Positions 52,093-63,925 of a stretch of DNA of 64,000 nt are shown here, piece by piece. A program made the translations under genes and the position numbers. The DNA comes from an uncultured virus (IMG/VR IMGVR_UViG_3300027861_004723) (taxonomy: Duplodnaviria > Heunggongvirae > Uroviricota > Caudoviricetes). The stretch is from the IMG/VR virus record IMGVR_UViG_3300027861_004723. One strand, 5' to 3'. The notes beneath the pieces were generated by a model, which had not been told where the DNA came from, searched no databases, and was given only the letters and a program-made list of their open reading frames with translations. How positions within the stretch are numbered: the stretch's first letter is position 1; each line of letters begins with the position of its first letter.

Positions 52093-52304
52093 ACACTCCT
52101 GGCTCCGACCCCCCGCCCCTAACCCCTTGGTGGTTCTGGGCGAAAGGGGCGGGGGTGTTGGCCCTTTAGCCTTTGACGCTTTAAGCCCGTAGCTGGTAAA
52201 ACAGCACGGGCTTAGAGCGATGCTAGCGAATAAAGAAAAACATTCGCTATATGTAGACAGCAGCATCCTGCCCATGTTACCTTATGGGCAGTAGAGGGAA
52301 CCCA

Positions 52305-55300
52305 ATGGCCGCTCGCGCAAAGAAGCCCACAAAACCCGCCCGCCTTTACTCGCTAGACGAGATTCGCGCTACGCGGGTTTTCCAAAAGCTGCAAGAGGCT
52401 TTGCCGAATCTGCGAGAGCACGAGGCTATGCGCCTCGCCCGTAACGAGATTCAGGTAGCCTGGGACGATACCCAGAGGGCCAAGGTTAATAGGGCCTGCG
52501 AGGCTTTCAGGGCCAAGCTAGCCTCTTTGGGGATCGAAGGCAAGAGCGTTACCTTAGTGCTGGTAACCGACAAGCACGGTAACGGCTATTACGACGTTAC
52601 CAGCCAGCCAGGCGGGCGCAAGCACGCAGAGTCGGAGACGCTGCCCAAGGGCTCGTTCAAGGTTACCCGTAGCACAGGATAGCCTTTAGCGCAAGCTAAA
52701 AGAAAAAGTCCTGCATCTCTGGACAGTAACCGCAAGCTGCGGTAAGATGTAAGCATAACAGCAAGGAAGGAACCACCATGCGAATCAACCACGAAACAAT
52801 CAGCAGTGAGGCCGTGCGCCAGCGGGGCGGTAAGTATACCACCCGCAAGTATGGACTCAAGCTGTCGGTTAGTGTTATGCTGGGCGAGGAGCACGAGTAC
52901 TGCACCCGCTGCCAGGATCAGAGCCGCACCAGCTTCCAGATGAGCGGAGCCGCCGAGGATTTACCGTTTAGCGCCAAAACGCACAGGAACGGTATTAGCC
53001 TCTGGACCAAGGGGTACCAGGAAAAGTGCGAGACGTGCGGCTGGGATAGCGTAGTCCAGGCAGTCACCTTTCGCTTTTGGCTCCCCAGCGACCGTCCGAG
53101 CGAGACGTTCAGCGAGAGCCAGGCCATGAAGATGATCGCAAAGCGATCACCAGAAAACGCCGAGCGTGGCTATAGCCACGAGCAAGAGCGGCCTTTGGCT
53201 TTAGAGGCTATCTTGGAGGGGCGTATCTTGGCACAATTCGCCGCGCTCGACAAAGACATCATTCGCGCTAACGCGGCGCGTCAGGCGTGCCGTTTGGCGA
53301 GCCACTACGCCGCCGACGCCCGAAAGCAAGCAAAGGAAAGCTGCAACTGGGAATCTCGCCTAGCGGCTTTGTGCGCGGAGGTTGAGGCCGAACAGCAGCG
53401 CGTCCTAGCGAGCGAGCTAGAGGGCCTGCAAGCCGCCTGCGACAAGCACGAGGAGGAGTGGCACCCAGAGGCCATTCGACTCGCTACGGAGCGTGCAGCG
53501 AGCCTCCTACGCTCTGCCATGCCCTCTGGCTTCCCTCGCGGCCTGGGCCGGGAGGAGCCGGTTAAGGCAGAGGAGGTGCGCCTACCGGGTGACCCCGAGC
53601 CCTCCGACGAGGACGAGGCCGACAGCACCGACGAGTAGCGGCTAAAGTTTAGTGGGGTAGTTAGTTTTCTTACTGCCCCGCTAAACCGCTCCCCAGAAAA
53701 GAAAAAACAAAACCAGTCGCTATACCTAGACAGTAACATGCCCTGCATGTTACCTTATGGGCAGTGAAAGGAATCACCACTATGGCTTGGAAGCACCACG
53801 ACGAGATGACGGTCGAAGAAGCCCGTCAAGAGATGCACCACCTTGAGGGCTACTTTGCCTCTTGCGCGGAGATCGGGCAAGGCATTAACACTAAGGAGAG
53901 CGTGCGCCACCGGGGCTGCAAGGCTATGGTGACTCTGCACGACGAGCTAGGTGTCAAGCCGTCGTCCTACCAGAGCCTAGAGGGTGGCGTGCTAGGGTTC
54001 ACGCTGTGGGGATACGACCCCGACAACGGGCAGGGCGCAGCCGAGGCCGCAATTAACGGCTAACACTAACTTGCTAAACTTGCCAAAACAAAACAAACAA
54101 AGAGGAAAAAGAAAACATGAGTAAGGCACGTAAGAAGCACGTCAACAGCAGCGACCCGCGTAAGCTCTCTATCAAGGCAGCGTTGCTCCGAAAGGCAGGG
54201 CGGGGCACCAAGGTAACCCTCGTGACCGAGGATTGTGTCGAAAACACTTTCACGGGGCACGTTATGGCAAAGCAGCCTGGTCGCCGTAACTGGGATTCCC
54301 TGGGTAATATCACTGTTACCAGTGCAGAGGTGGGATTCCCTGGGTAATATCACTGTTACCAGTGCAGAGGTGGCTACAAATAGCGCCGTGCCGCTTAGTT
54401 AGCGGCTAGTTGGGGTGGCGATATTCCCAATGATTGAAGCAGCCTAACCGCTGTAACAAAAGCCCCGAATCTCGGAGAGATTGGCGCGGTTAGCGTCATT
54501 AGCTTACACCGCTGGAGTGCTAATTATTTAGCGCAGCGATAGCAGGAAAGCACTAGCAAGAAAAAGCCTCTATCACACCCGGCGCGGCTGGGATAGTGAT
54601 AGGGGCTTTTTCGCTTTTCCCTTGACAACTTTTTTCGCTTTTCCCCCTTGACAAAAAAGCTGCATCACGGATATTTAGCGTTTTAGCAGCTTTTCTTTTT
54701 TCGGCAGCTATTACGGTATCTATTGACTGGTCGCAGGCGGGCGTGTTACCATACAAGATGAACAAGATGGCGCTGATCTTTGTGCGTTGATCTTTGAGCC
54801 TATATCTTGACAGCAACAAAGCGCCGTGCTAGAATACCAGATTCGCCGTAAAAAAGATCAAAGAACAAAGATCAACGCTATCTATTGACTGGAACAAACG
54901 CGCCGTGCTATGATGCCAGATGGCAAAGAGTGAAGATCGAAGATCAAAGATCAGCGCAAAGAGGCTACATCTATTGACTGTAAGTGATTACTTGTTTATG
55001 CTGTAAGCATAACAACAGGGGGCACAGATGGCACGTCGCGTTGCTAAGAAGCGGGTAACTAAGAAAAAGGTAGCCAAGAAAACCGGGGCCGGAACCAGCC
55101 TGTTCCCCAGTCGTATTACGATTGAGTGGCCTGATGGCACAAAAGAGGTACTGGCTTTCTCGTGTCCGCGCTTTAGTGCTAAGGGCAATATGAACGCGCA
55201 CGCAGGGGACAAACTGCACCGCAATGGCAACATCTTGCGTGTCAACTGCAACGTAACACAAAGCCGGGGATAACCGGCTGCATCTATTGACTGTAAGCAG

Positions 55301-58300
55301 CTATCTGCTAAGATGCAGCAATGAGCAAGCCAAACCCCTACAACGCGCTACCGGCTGATTTTGACGCTAATTGCGCTAGCGCCTGGGCCTCGCTAATATC
55401 TTACGCAAAGCCGGGTGACCGTTATTGCGCCTATTGCGGCGAGGATCTAACTAGCGATACCATTGGACCTAATGGTGACGCACAGTGTCTTGCTTGCTTT
55501 GAGCAGCAAGCACTAAACGATATTGCAGGAGGTAAAACCACCGATGGGTATCGTAACTTAGAGTTTTTCCTTAGCGACATCTCTTGCCTGTAGATGGCTA
55601 CCAGGCTAAGATGCAAACTCGATACAGGGGGGACCAATGATCGACAAACGAACAATTCCAGCCGCCGACATTAAGGCTGCACTAGACGCAGCTATCGCGG
55701 TACTGGCTATGACTAGCCGCGAGCACGCCGAGGAAATTGGCGGTTACATCCGCCAGGCGTTTCGCCCTAACCCGGAGCTAGTGCCCATTGGCGTGGCTGT
55801 TATGTTCCACCAGGGCGCGGCGGAATTGACCCAAAAGATGCTCAAGGTTCACTACCCAGACAATTATGGCTGGTAACTTGGTCGCGTCCGAGCTACGGAA
55901 ATTGCCCGGTGTTGATGCGGTTTTCGGGGACGGGGGACAATATGGCTCGTAAGCGCGGTAAAATGCACTGTCGGTTTTGTGGTGACTCAGCTACCACCGA
56001 CCCAGATACGTGGGAGCCAACAGGGCTTTGTACAGCGCACGCAGAGCCCGCTAACAAGGCGATACGCAAGGCGCGTAGGGCAGTCCGTCGCTCCGAGCGT
56101 GAGGAGGTTGTGGTAGACCAAAAGCCGCTACAGCCTAACGGCCCTTACCGCACTATCAAAACCTACAGAGGTGAGGTTGTGGTAAATGATGCGGGTGAGC
56201 CAGTTTAGCGTTAAAACGCTAATAAGAAATCTTCCTGCATCTATTGTCAGGAATCTCGGATTCGCTACAATGAAAAGCGTAAGCACAACGAGGAAGAACC
56301 ACCTTGACTATGACCGAACAACACCTATGCACGAGCTTCACCCGTCGCCACAAAGGCAAGGGTCGCCCGCAACGTGACGCCGTTTGTGGCGTCTGTGACG
56401 CGACCTACAGTGAGCACCACCCCAAGGGTGAGGCGCTGCCCGCCCTCGCAAAGTGGGTTCGCCCCGCTGAGTGCGGACACTTTACCAAAACCGATAAGAA
56501 GCGCGGAAAGCCCTCCCCTAGCAGCTTTTGTGCTGTCTGCGAGGTTGTCTGGACAGATCACTCCCCGCGTGGTAGTGAGTCCCTCGTGCTCCACCCCGAC
56601 GCTATCCGCCCGCAGGAATTGGCGCTATCTCCTAAAGTGGGTAGCAGGCTTCCCCAGCCCGCCGCTAAGGCTCCTACGGTCGCCCGTAAGCTGACCAAGG
56701 TGGCGACGGACACGCCCGCTCCTGTGGAGCCTGTAGTGCTCGCTGTAGAGCCTGTGGTGGAGCCTGTCGAAGCCCCTGAGCCGCCCGCAGAGGCTTTCGA
56801 GGAGCCCACGGAGGAGCCCCGCGAGCCTGGCCGTTTCCTGGCCTGGATGGACGCGCAGCACGAGGAGGACATTAGCGCCTATATGGCGCAGGGTCTAACC
56901 CGCGAACAGGCCGAAGCCAAAGTCGAAGATGATAACGACTGGTAAGCAGTAAACGGCGCTAAGGTGAAACTTAACAGGCGAAAAAAAGCCGACCTTAGTG
57001 CGCGTTTACTTTCTTCACAAAGATGGGCTATACCTAGACAGGAACATGCGCTGCATGTTACCTTATGGGCAGTGAGAGGGCGTGGAAGATGAGCAATAGA
57101 ACTTGCCAGCAACCCAACGGCTGCGAAGGCGTTAGCAGGCTCGACGCCTGGGAGCTAGAAGCCCCCGCGCTTTGTATCCTTTGTCAAACGGTGTTGTGCG
57201 ATGTTTGTGCCGCATGGCTAGACAATATCCCTACCAATAAAATCCCTATCAAACGGTTCCGAGAAAACAAGCGTCCCGAGCATGATACGTGCAGCGGCGT
57301 TCTGTGTAGCAATTGTTTTGTTGAGGATTGGGTGTAGCAGCATCCCTAGACAAGCGCCAGGCACTAAGTTAAGATAATCACAACAGAGTAGGGAACTATG
57401 CAAGCTATCAGAAACCGCAGTATCACAATCTTGGACGAGGCTGTTGGCGAGCCCCGCGAGGGCCGCGAGGGGCGAGAGGCCGAGCAAGACCGGCTGGTAG
57501 CCAGCGTGTCTTACTGCAAGGGTCGCGGCTACACCTTGCGTGCAAGGGTTGAGGTCGCGGAGGAAAGCGGCGGTACCGGCTGGCGCAGATTCGCGCTAAT
57601 GACCGGAATCGGCTACACGGAACACGTCCTTAGTGCCTCTCGCTATAGCGCAAAGAAGCTAACTACTCTTTCCGCCACTATCAAAGCTGATACCAGCTTG
57701 GTAGAAAAGCTAGCACCACTAAAGGTCGAGTTGGCCCGCCGCCTGGCCGCTGGAGAAAGTTACTAAAGCAGCCTACGTCTATTGACTGTAACAGGCTACC
57801 CGGTATAATTCAAGCATGAACCACACCGACGAAAACAGCATTGACACCGTGCCCACTACCATTGAGGGCACCGAGCACAGCCAGAGTTGTGGCGCTCGCT
57901 GGAACCCTTACACTCGCCGTTACGTTCTCGACGACGAGGGCAACGAGTGGAATAGGTGTAGTGCTGGAAACAGCTTTTACCCTCTTTCTCACGCGCACTG
58001 GGCGCGGGATATGTCGGCAGCGGGTGTTGGTCACCTGTACCACGAGGTTTACTACCAAGACGGTGTTCGCACGCTTGGTAAGCGCCCTAACGTCTTACAC
58101 GAGATTGCTCAAGGGCTCAACGCCTATGAGGCTGGTCGCAACACCTACGGCAACGGTCGCCTGTTCTGGGGCGTGTTCCAGGGACAGCTTTTCTTCCGTT
58201 CGGAAAAGAAATAATGACAAAGCCTGAGCCCATCGGCCCTTTGCCGCACAGTGTTAGTGGTATTGCTGTTTCCGCTTATGAGCATTACGCCTATGTCAGC

Positions 58301-61300
58301 GGCGCGGTGTTCGTCAACGGCAAGCTGCCTACTGGCGTCTGGGTAAACCCTAATCACTGGGGCCACCCGGAGATCGAGATTGGCTTTAGCGATCCTGGGG
58401 AGGAAGCAGCTTTCCTTAGCCTCCTAAAAGGCGAGAACATCCCGTTTAGGAAAACCGGCTGCATCTATTGACAGTAGCCGCTTGCTGGAGTAAACTCTAA
58501 CCAGTTATCCAGAGCGGTGAACCGTGACAGACGCAGAGCAAATAGCTAAAGTCCGCGCAAAGCGAGATCCCGTATTTGCCACTATGATGCGGAGAATAGC
58601 AGGCCGCACAAGTAACCCAGCTTTTACGAAAGAAGCTACAATTCGCCACTACTCGCAAGCTGCTGGTGTTCCGGTAAGCCGTAAAAGCGTCCGCAACGTC
58701 GTTTTGTTCCTATCAGAGATAGGCGTTTGTGAGTTTGTACAAAACCCAGAGCAACGTATTTCTGGTATTAGCTGGCGAGTAGACGCAATCAACTTTAGTC
58801 GTAAAGTGATAGGGCTTCAATGGAGCCCGTCCGACGACGAGATACGCGCTTTTATGGAAGGGCTGTAATGGACACTAAGATTCGCCAGCTAGAGCGTCAG
58901 GCGGCTACAGGAAGCCGAGAGGCCCACCAAGCCTTGCTCTGCACTAAGCAGCGCGTAGGGCGGCGCAGATTGCTTGGTATGAGCCTTAGCTTTTGTATTA
59001 AGAGTGTTTTGCAGGGCGACGTGCAGCCTAACGAGATTTTTGGTATCATCTCTAATACTCACGGCTTTGTTTTGACGCGCCCGTGGGCTCCCGGTAGATA
59101 CCACAGCTATATTGCCTATAGCCACAAAGGCACAAACTACCAAACCATCTTTGATCGCTATATGGAAACATACTGGCGTAATTGGAGCCGGGAACAAGTC
59201 GAACAAGTTTGTTCAGAACTGTTACAACGAATATCAGAGCGCAAGCACGGATTACCAGATTCGTGGATCGACGCTGATAGTCCTTACGAGTGGGGCCAAG
59301 TCCCACAGGGCAGCGGTGAGGGCATGGTAGGCACCTACATCAATCCTGCTAACAACGAAATCCTGCAAACCCCTAATGAGATTAGGGTATACACAGAACG
59401 TAGATAGTCTGCTGCATCCCTTGACAGTAACCAGCTACCCGGTTACGATGCAAGAGTAACAACGGAGGGCGATCATGGCTGCAAAAACCAATGTTCAGAC
59501 CAATTTGCTTGGCAAGCGTGTAAACCTTAGCGCGGAAAACACGCAAGCGGCTATCCGCTATGCGGACGCCTGCCCCGAGACGGATCTGCCCTGGCTCAAG
59601 CTGCACCCCGAGGGCGGCGAGGTCGTAGCGGTGTTCACTGACCGGGATGGTGAATTGAACATTACCGCAAGCACTCAGGCTGGCGATCTGGTCACCTTGC
59701 CTGTTGGCTGGCTCAAGCTGTCCCCCAGAAAAAGCGGCTTGTAGACCGCTATCTCTGGACAGCAACAAACCTCTAGGATACAATCCACGTAATGCAAGAC
59801 AACGAAGACAACACGCCGCTCCACGCCCGCCAGCTAAACGCAAGCTGCTACGGCAGCAAGAGCGACCCCGACGCGCCTGGTGACTATATCGAGTACACCG
59901 GCTACAGTGTGCCCGTGACTGGCCCCCTGCCCTCCAGGGAAATCTGCGACCGCTTTAACGCGGAAAAGGGCGAGGACAACTGGAAGGAGCATATTTACTC
60001 CTGGCGCGATTATGTCAAGTACAATCTTCTCCAAGATGGGACTGTCTTTCTGGACTCTGGCCGGGGCTCAGAGGAGAAGGATAGGGTTATCGAAGATCCT
60101 ACCACTATCGCGCTAATTCACGCGATGCGCGACGAGGATACGGAGATTGCCCGCGCTCGTATCTGCCTTGCAGACGACGTTGCGAACGCCCGCTACAATG
60201 GCGACCAGAACGCCTTTATCGCGCTACGTGCCGCTATCTCTTACTGCCCTGGCGATCCTACGTCTTTCTCAAAAGACGGAATTGATTTTTACAGCGTGGG
60301 CCGTAACGCCTCGCACAGCTTCTACATGGGGCTCCGCAAGAACGACGACGGCACTATCAGCCTGTTCAGCGGAGCGGACGCCTACGACGACCCTTTTAGC
60401 TACCGCGAGAAGGAAACTTGGGCTGGTGGCTATTACGGTCACCACTAATTCCCTAATACCGAAAAGAGGTAGTAATGGCGAAGATTGATATGGCAATGGT
60501 TGTTTTCTCAGTAACCTTGCGGAATGTAGAGGTTCCTGACGACGCCGAGCCCTGGCAACAGCGCGAGATTCTGATCGGACTGGCGGGGTCAGCCCAAAGA
60601 GCCTCCGAGGCCGTAATTCACGATTGCTCTAACAGCGAACTGATTGATTAGGAAACAGCAGCGTCTATTGACAGCAAGCAGCTACCCGGTTATGATGCGA
60701 AGAACAAGCGAGCGGGAGCAGCATGACTACTTTGAATAACTGGTCATTCCAGACTACGGGCGTTTACTGTCCCCCTGAGTGTTCTAACATTGTGCTTAAT
60801 GGGGAAACCCAGGGACACCCCAGATACCCAGATGGTTCGCGTATTCAGACGACGCCAATAGCACTAACCCCGCAAGGGTTTACCTCCTTTTCGGGCAGGG
60901 AGTGGACTCTTGGCACTCCGAGCAGCGAAACGACGCTAGAGGGCTTTACAGAACAGTTTATCAGTATTGTCGAAGGGCTAGCAGCCAACGGCAGGAGCCT
61001 GGCTGACCCGCGAAACCCGCACTGTTAGCATCTATTGACAGTAACCGGCTACCCGGTTATGATGCGAAGAACAACACCGACAAAGGGGTCCGACTTGGAC
61101 GACGACGCATACGCTAAATACGGCGAATACGACGAAGATTACGAGGATCTTTTCAATTACCCGGACGTTTGGGAGATTTAAGTGGCTAACCGAGAAATCA
61201 CGTTGCCGGTGTTTGGCATTGTTGTCACTCTGATTCCCGGTCCTGGCGGCATCCTGATCCACTCTGGGGGCAGCATTTCCTCCGATCTGGAGGAAGAATG

Positions 61301-63925
61301 TGAGTGCGGACAAATGGATAGGGGCTATTGCTCTGACTGCGGTTACAACGACGCCATGCTGGGTATCGAAGCCCTCATCCTGGGCCACGCTTGCGCCGGT
61401 ATAGACATTACGACGCTGGCCTATATTGAGGGAATTGAGTCAGCGGTTCAAGGCGCAGCGAATAACCGCTAGAAGCCTGCATCACTAGACAGTAACCAGC
61501 TACCATGCTACCTTATGGGCAGTGAGGGAGACAACATGCCACATCACAAACGCGGCGCTTACGACCGTTTCGACTCTTTCGCAGAGGTGCTCGCTTACTA
61601 CAAGCGTTGCCGAAAGCGCAAGGCATTTATCCTCTCCGAAGCTGGGGTGGAGCTAGAGCAAGAGGCGGTCTGCAAGGGGTGTGGTAAGCACCTTAGCGTC
61701 GTCGTGTCGGAAACCCCCGGTTATCACGGTAACCGTTGTGACTTTTACCCGAGAAGCAAGAAGATTGTGGTAAAGCACTATACGTGCGCCTGGGGAGCTA
61801 CCCTGTCTGCTATTTCCCGCATGGGTTGACAGTATCTCCTGTAAAGGATAGAATCCGCACTGGAAACCCAGGCTTAGTAAAGCCGGAACAGTAGAAAAGA
61901 TGAAAACTTACTATTGCACTGATATTGAGTGGGATACTGACGGGCTTCCCGCTGATCTACCAACCGAGACGATGGTAAGAATTGACGAAAGCAGCGAATA
62001 CGTTGCTGACGCGCTTTCCGACGAATACGGGTTTTGTATCTTTGCACTATGTATCACTCTTTTGTGCGACAGATGCGAGCAGGAAACTCGTAACAGTGAT
62101 CTGGACAATAACGGGCTTTGTCCCGATTGTTGCCCCGATCCCGCTCGTGATGATCCCGAGTTTGACGAGGAATAAATGAGTGAATATAGTTGCGAGTGCG
62201 ACCGCTGCCTAAAAGGCTGGGGATGTCAAAACCTAGCAGAAGGCTATCAGTGTAAGCATTGCGGGGAAACTCCGACCTACCAAGAGCTTGATAACGGTTC
62301 ATGCAGCGGATGTAGTTAGCCGCTATATCTGGACAGAAAAGTGACGGCGTGCTAAGATCAAAGATCAGCGCGATTTTCAGCTAACAAGGCTGCTAACAAG
62401 GCTGCTAACAAGGCTGATAACAACAACGAGGACGGTAATTTGCAAAACGACAATATCAGAATTGTATCACCCGGTAATATGGGTGAGGGTTACACGGTAT
62501 CACACTGGTCCATTAAGATCAATTACGATCCCGTGTTAATTGGTAATTTTGATACACCCGAAGCAGCCGTTGCTTGGGCGGGCGAGTGGCTTGTTTACAA
62601 CCCGCAGATCAAACTGGTAGTGCCCACTATTAGCGTTGATACTGCACAGAGAGCTATTGCTTACGCTATGAAAAAGAAAGACGATGCGGAGTTCTAGCTT
62701 ATCTTGACAGTAACCAGCTACCCGATTACAATGCAACCTAACTCAACGAGGGGGAATTATGGCTGACAGCGACATCACGGGTCTACCGGAAGCAGAGCCA
62801 GAGCGCGTTGTTCATAACTTTGAACTGGACGGGCTGGAGGTTTCCCTTTACCGAGGCTCAGACGGAAAATTGATAGTGGACATTGATTCCGAGGGGCTAG
62901 AGGAGGCAGACGCGCATCCCAGCACGATGGTCCCTAACATTCGCATCTGGGTCAACGAGCAAAAGATTGAGTTTGCCGCTGACGGAGAGCTACTAGAGAG
63001 TTAGCATCCATTGACAGTAACCGGCTACCCGGTTAAGATGCAATCTCAACAGGGAAACGATCATGGCTGACACCGACGACATTACGGGCTTGGACTGGCC
63101 GGGGGTTCCCGCAACAGTCGAAGATTTCACGATCATTACGCCTGTTAAGATCGAAAAGCAGCGCGTCTGGGATCTTCTCTGCAACATCATGGAAGGCGGG
63201 AGCTACAACAGTTTTATCATTGTTGAGTATCTCCCCGAGGGGATCGAGAATCACCCCGACTGCACTTACCGGCATATCGACGTGCCGTTCCTGGGCGGCT
63301 CCATTGGCCTGATTGACAAGTATGGGGATAGCCCTATTGTTTATCAGCTTGACCGTGCAGCTATGGAGCGTGGTCTAAAGATCATGGCTAACAAGTTTCC
63401 GCGCCACTTTGCGGATTTCCTAGATCAAGGCGACGACGTTATCACGGCTGACGTGTTCCTGCAATGCTCGCTTTTGGGCGACGTTATCTACGGCTAGCCC
63501 TTGACAGGAATGTAGCAGAAAAGCTACAATTAGTAAAACAAAGGCTGGGGGTTCCTTCCCCCTCCTCCTTCCGGGAGCCTCCAGCCACCTACAACGCGCT
63601 GATCTTTGGGCTCTGAGCCCCGCGCAACTTAACAAAATCCAAAATCTCTGACAGGAGACGACCAGCCGCCCGTAATAGGGGCAACAAGGGAACGGAACGA
63701 ACAATGGGTAAACGTGCAAAGCGCCGCAAGGCAAAAGCCAAAGCCAAACTAGGCTTTGTTCCAGTATTGCTGGAACAGTCGAACGGACGCAAGCGTGGCG
63801 CACAAGGGCTTGGCCTGGGCGCTCATCAGGATACCAGTCCGATGGCCCGAGCTACCCTTACACCCGATAGGCGGGAAATCCAGCGTCGTAAAGACCGCAA
63901 GGCCAAGCAACAGGGCTGGGGATAA
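52305..63925 (+). CDS. About 25 small early hypothetical genes (e.g. 52778, 54117, 55028, 55321, 55637, 56304, 57398, 57816, 58214, 58524, 58868, 59475, 59792, 60723, 61182, 61900, 62440, 62759, 63063, 63704)
   Basis: All on the + strand; most directly behind one of the repeated promoters with RBS or leaderless starts. Confidence 0.7.
54291..54373 (+). repeat. Perfect 40-bp tandem duplication
   Basis: TGGGATTCCCTGGGTAATATCACTGTTACCAGTGCAGAGG twice, followed by TGG. Confidence 0.95.
54560..54612. terminator. Bidirectional intrinsic terminator
   Basis: GAAAAAGCCTCTATCAC / GTGATAGGGGCTTTTTC. Confidence 0.7.
62380..62423 (+). repeat. 12-bp tandem repeat, three copies plus a partial copy
   Basis: GCTAACAAGGCT x3, then GATAACAA, in a 5' leader. 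Confidence 0.9.
63537..63590 (+). ncRNA. Candidate small RNA hairpin with CCUCCUCC loop
   Basis: Own promoter 63501-63530, no ORF, 13-bp stem with two G-U pairs. Confidence 0.4.

Larger units (their letters stand above)
48023..52222 (+). repeat. Six copies of a hairpin + TTAGRGYGATG element
   Basis: 48023-48062, 49078-49119, 50687-50728, 51152-51192, 51262-51301, 52183-52222. Confidence 0.85.
48113..63530 (+). promoter_or_regulatory. Array of about 25 related sigma70-type early promoters
   Basis: TTGACA/TTGACT/TAGACA/TGGACA + 16-18 nt + TAnnnT, e.g. at 48113, 49129, 50613, 57782, 59421, 60668, 61035, 62704, 63011, 63501; shared upstream GCATCTA and spacer GTAACCRGCTACCCGGT. Confidence 0.85.

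Noticed and set aside
51250..52275. 341-aa minus-strand ORF and similar antisense ORFs in the GC-rich region
   Set aside because: Antisense to promoter- and RBS-supported plus-strand genes; expected from high GC.
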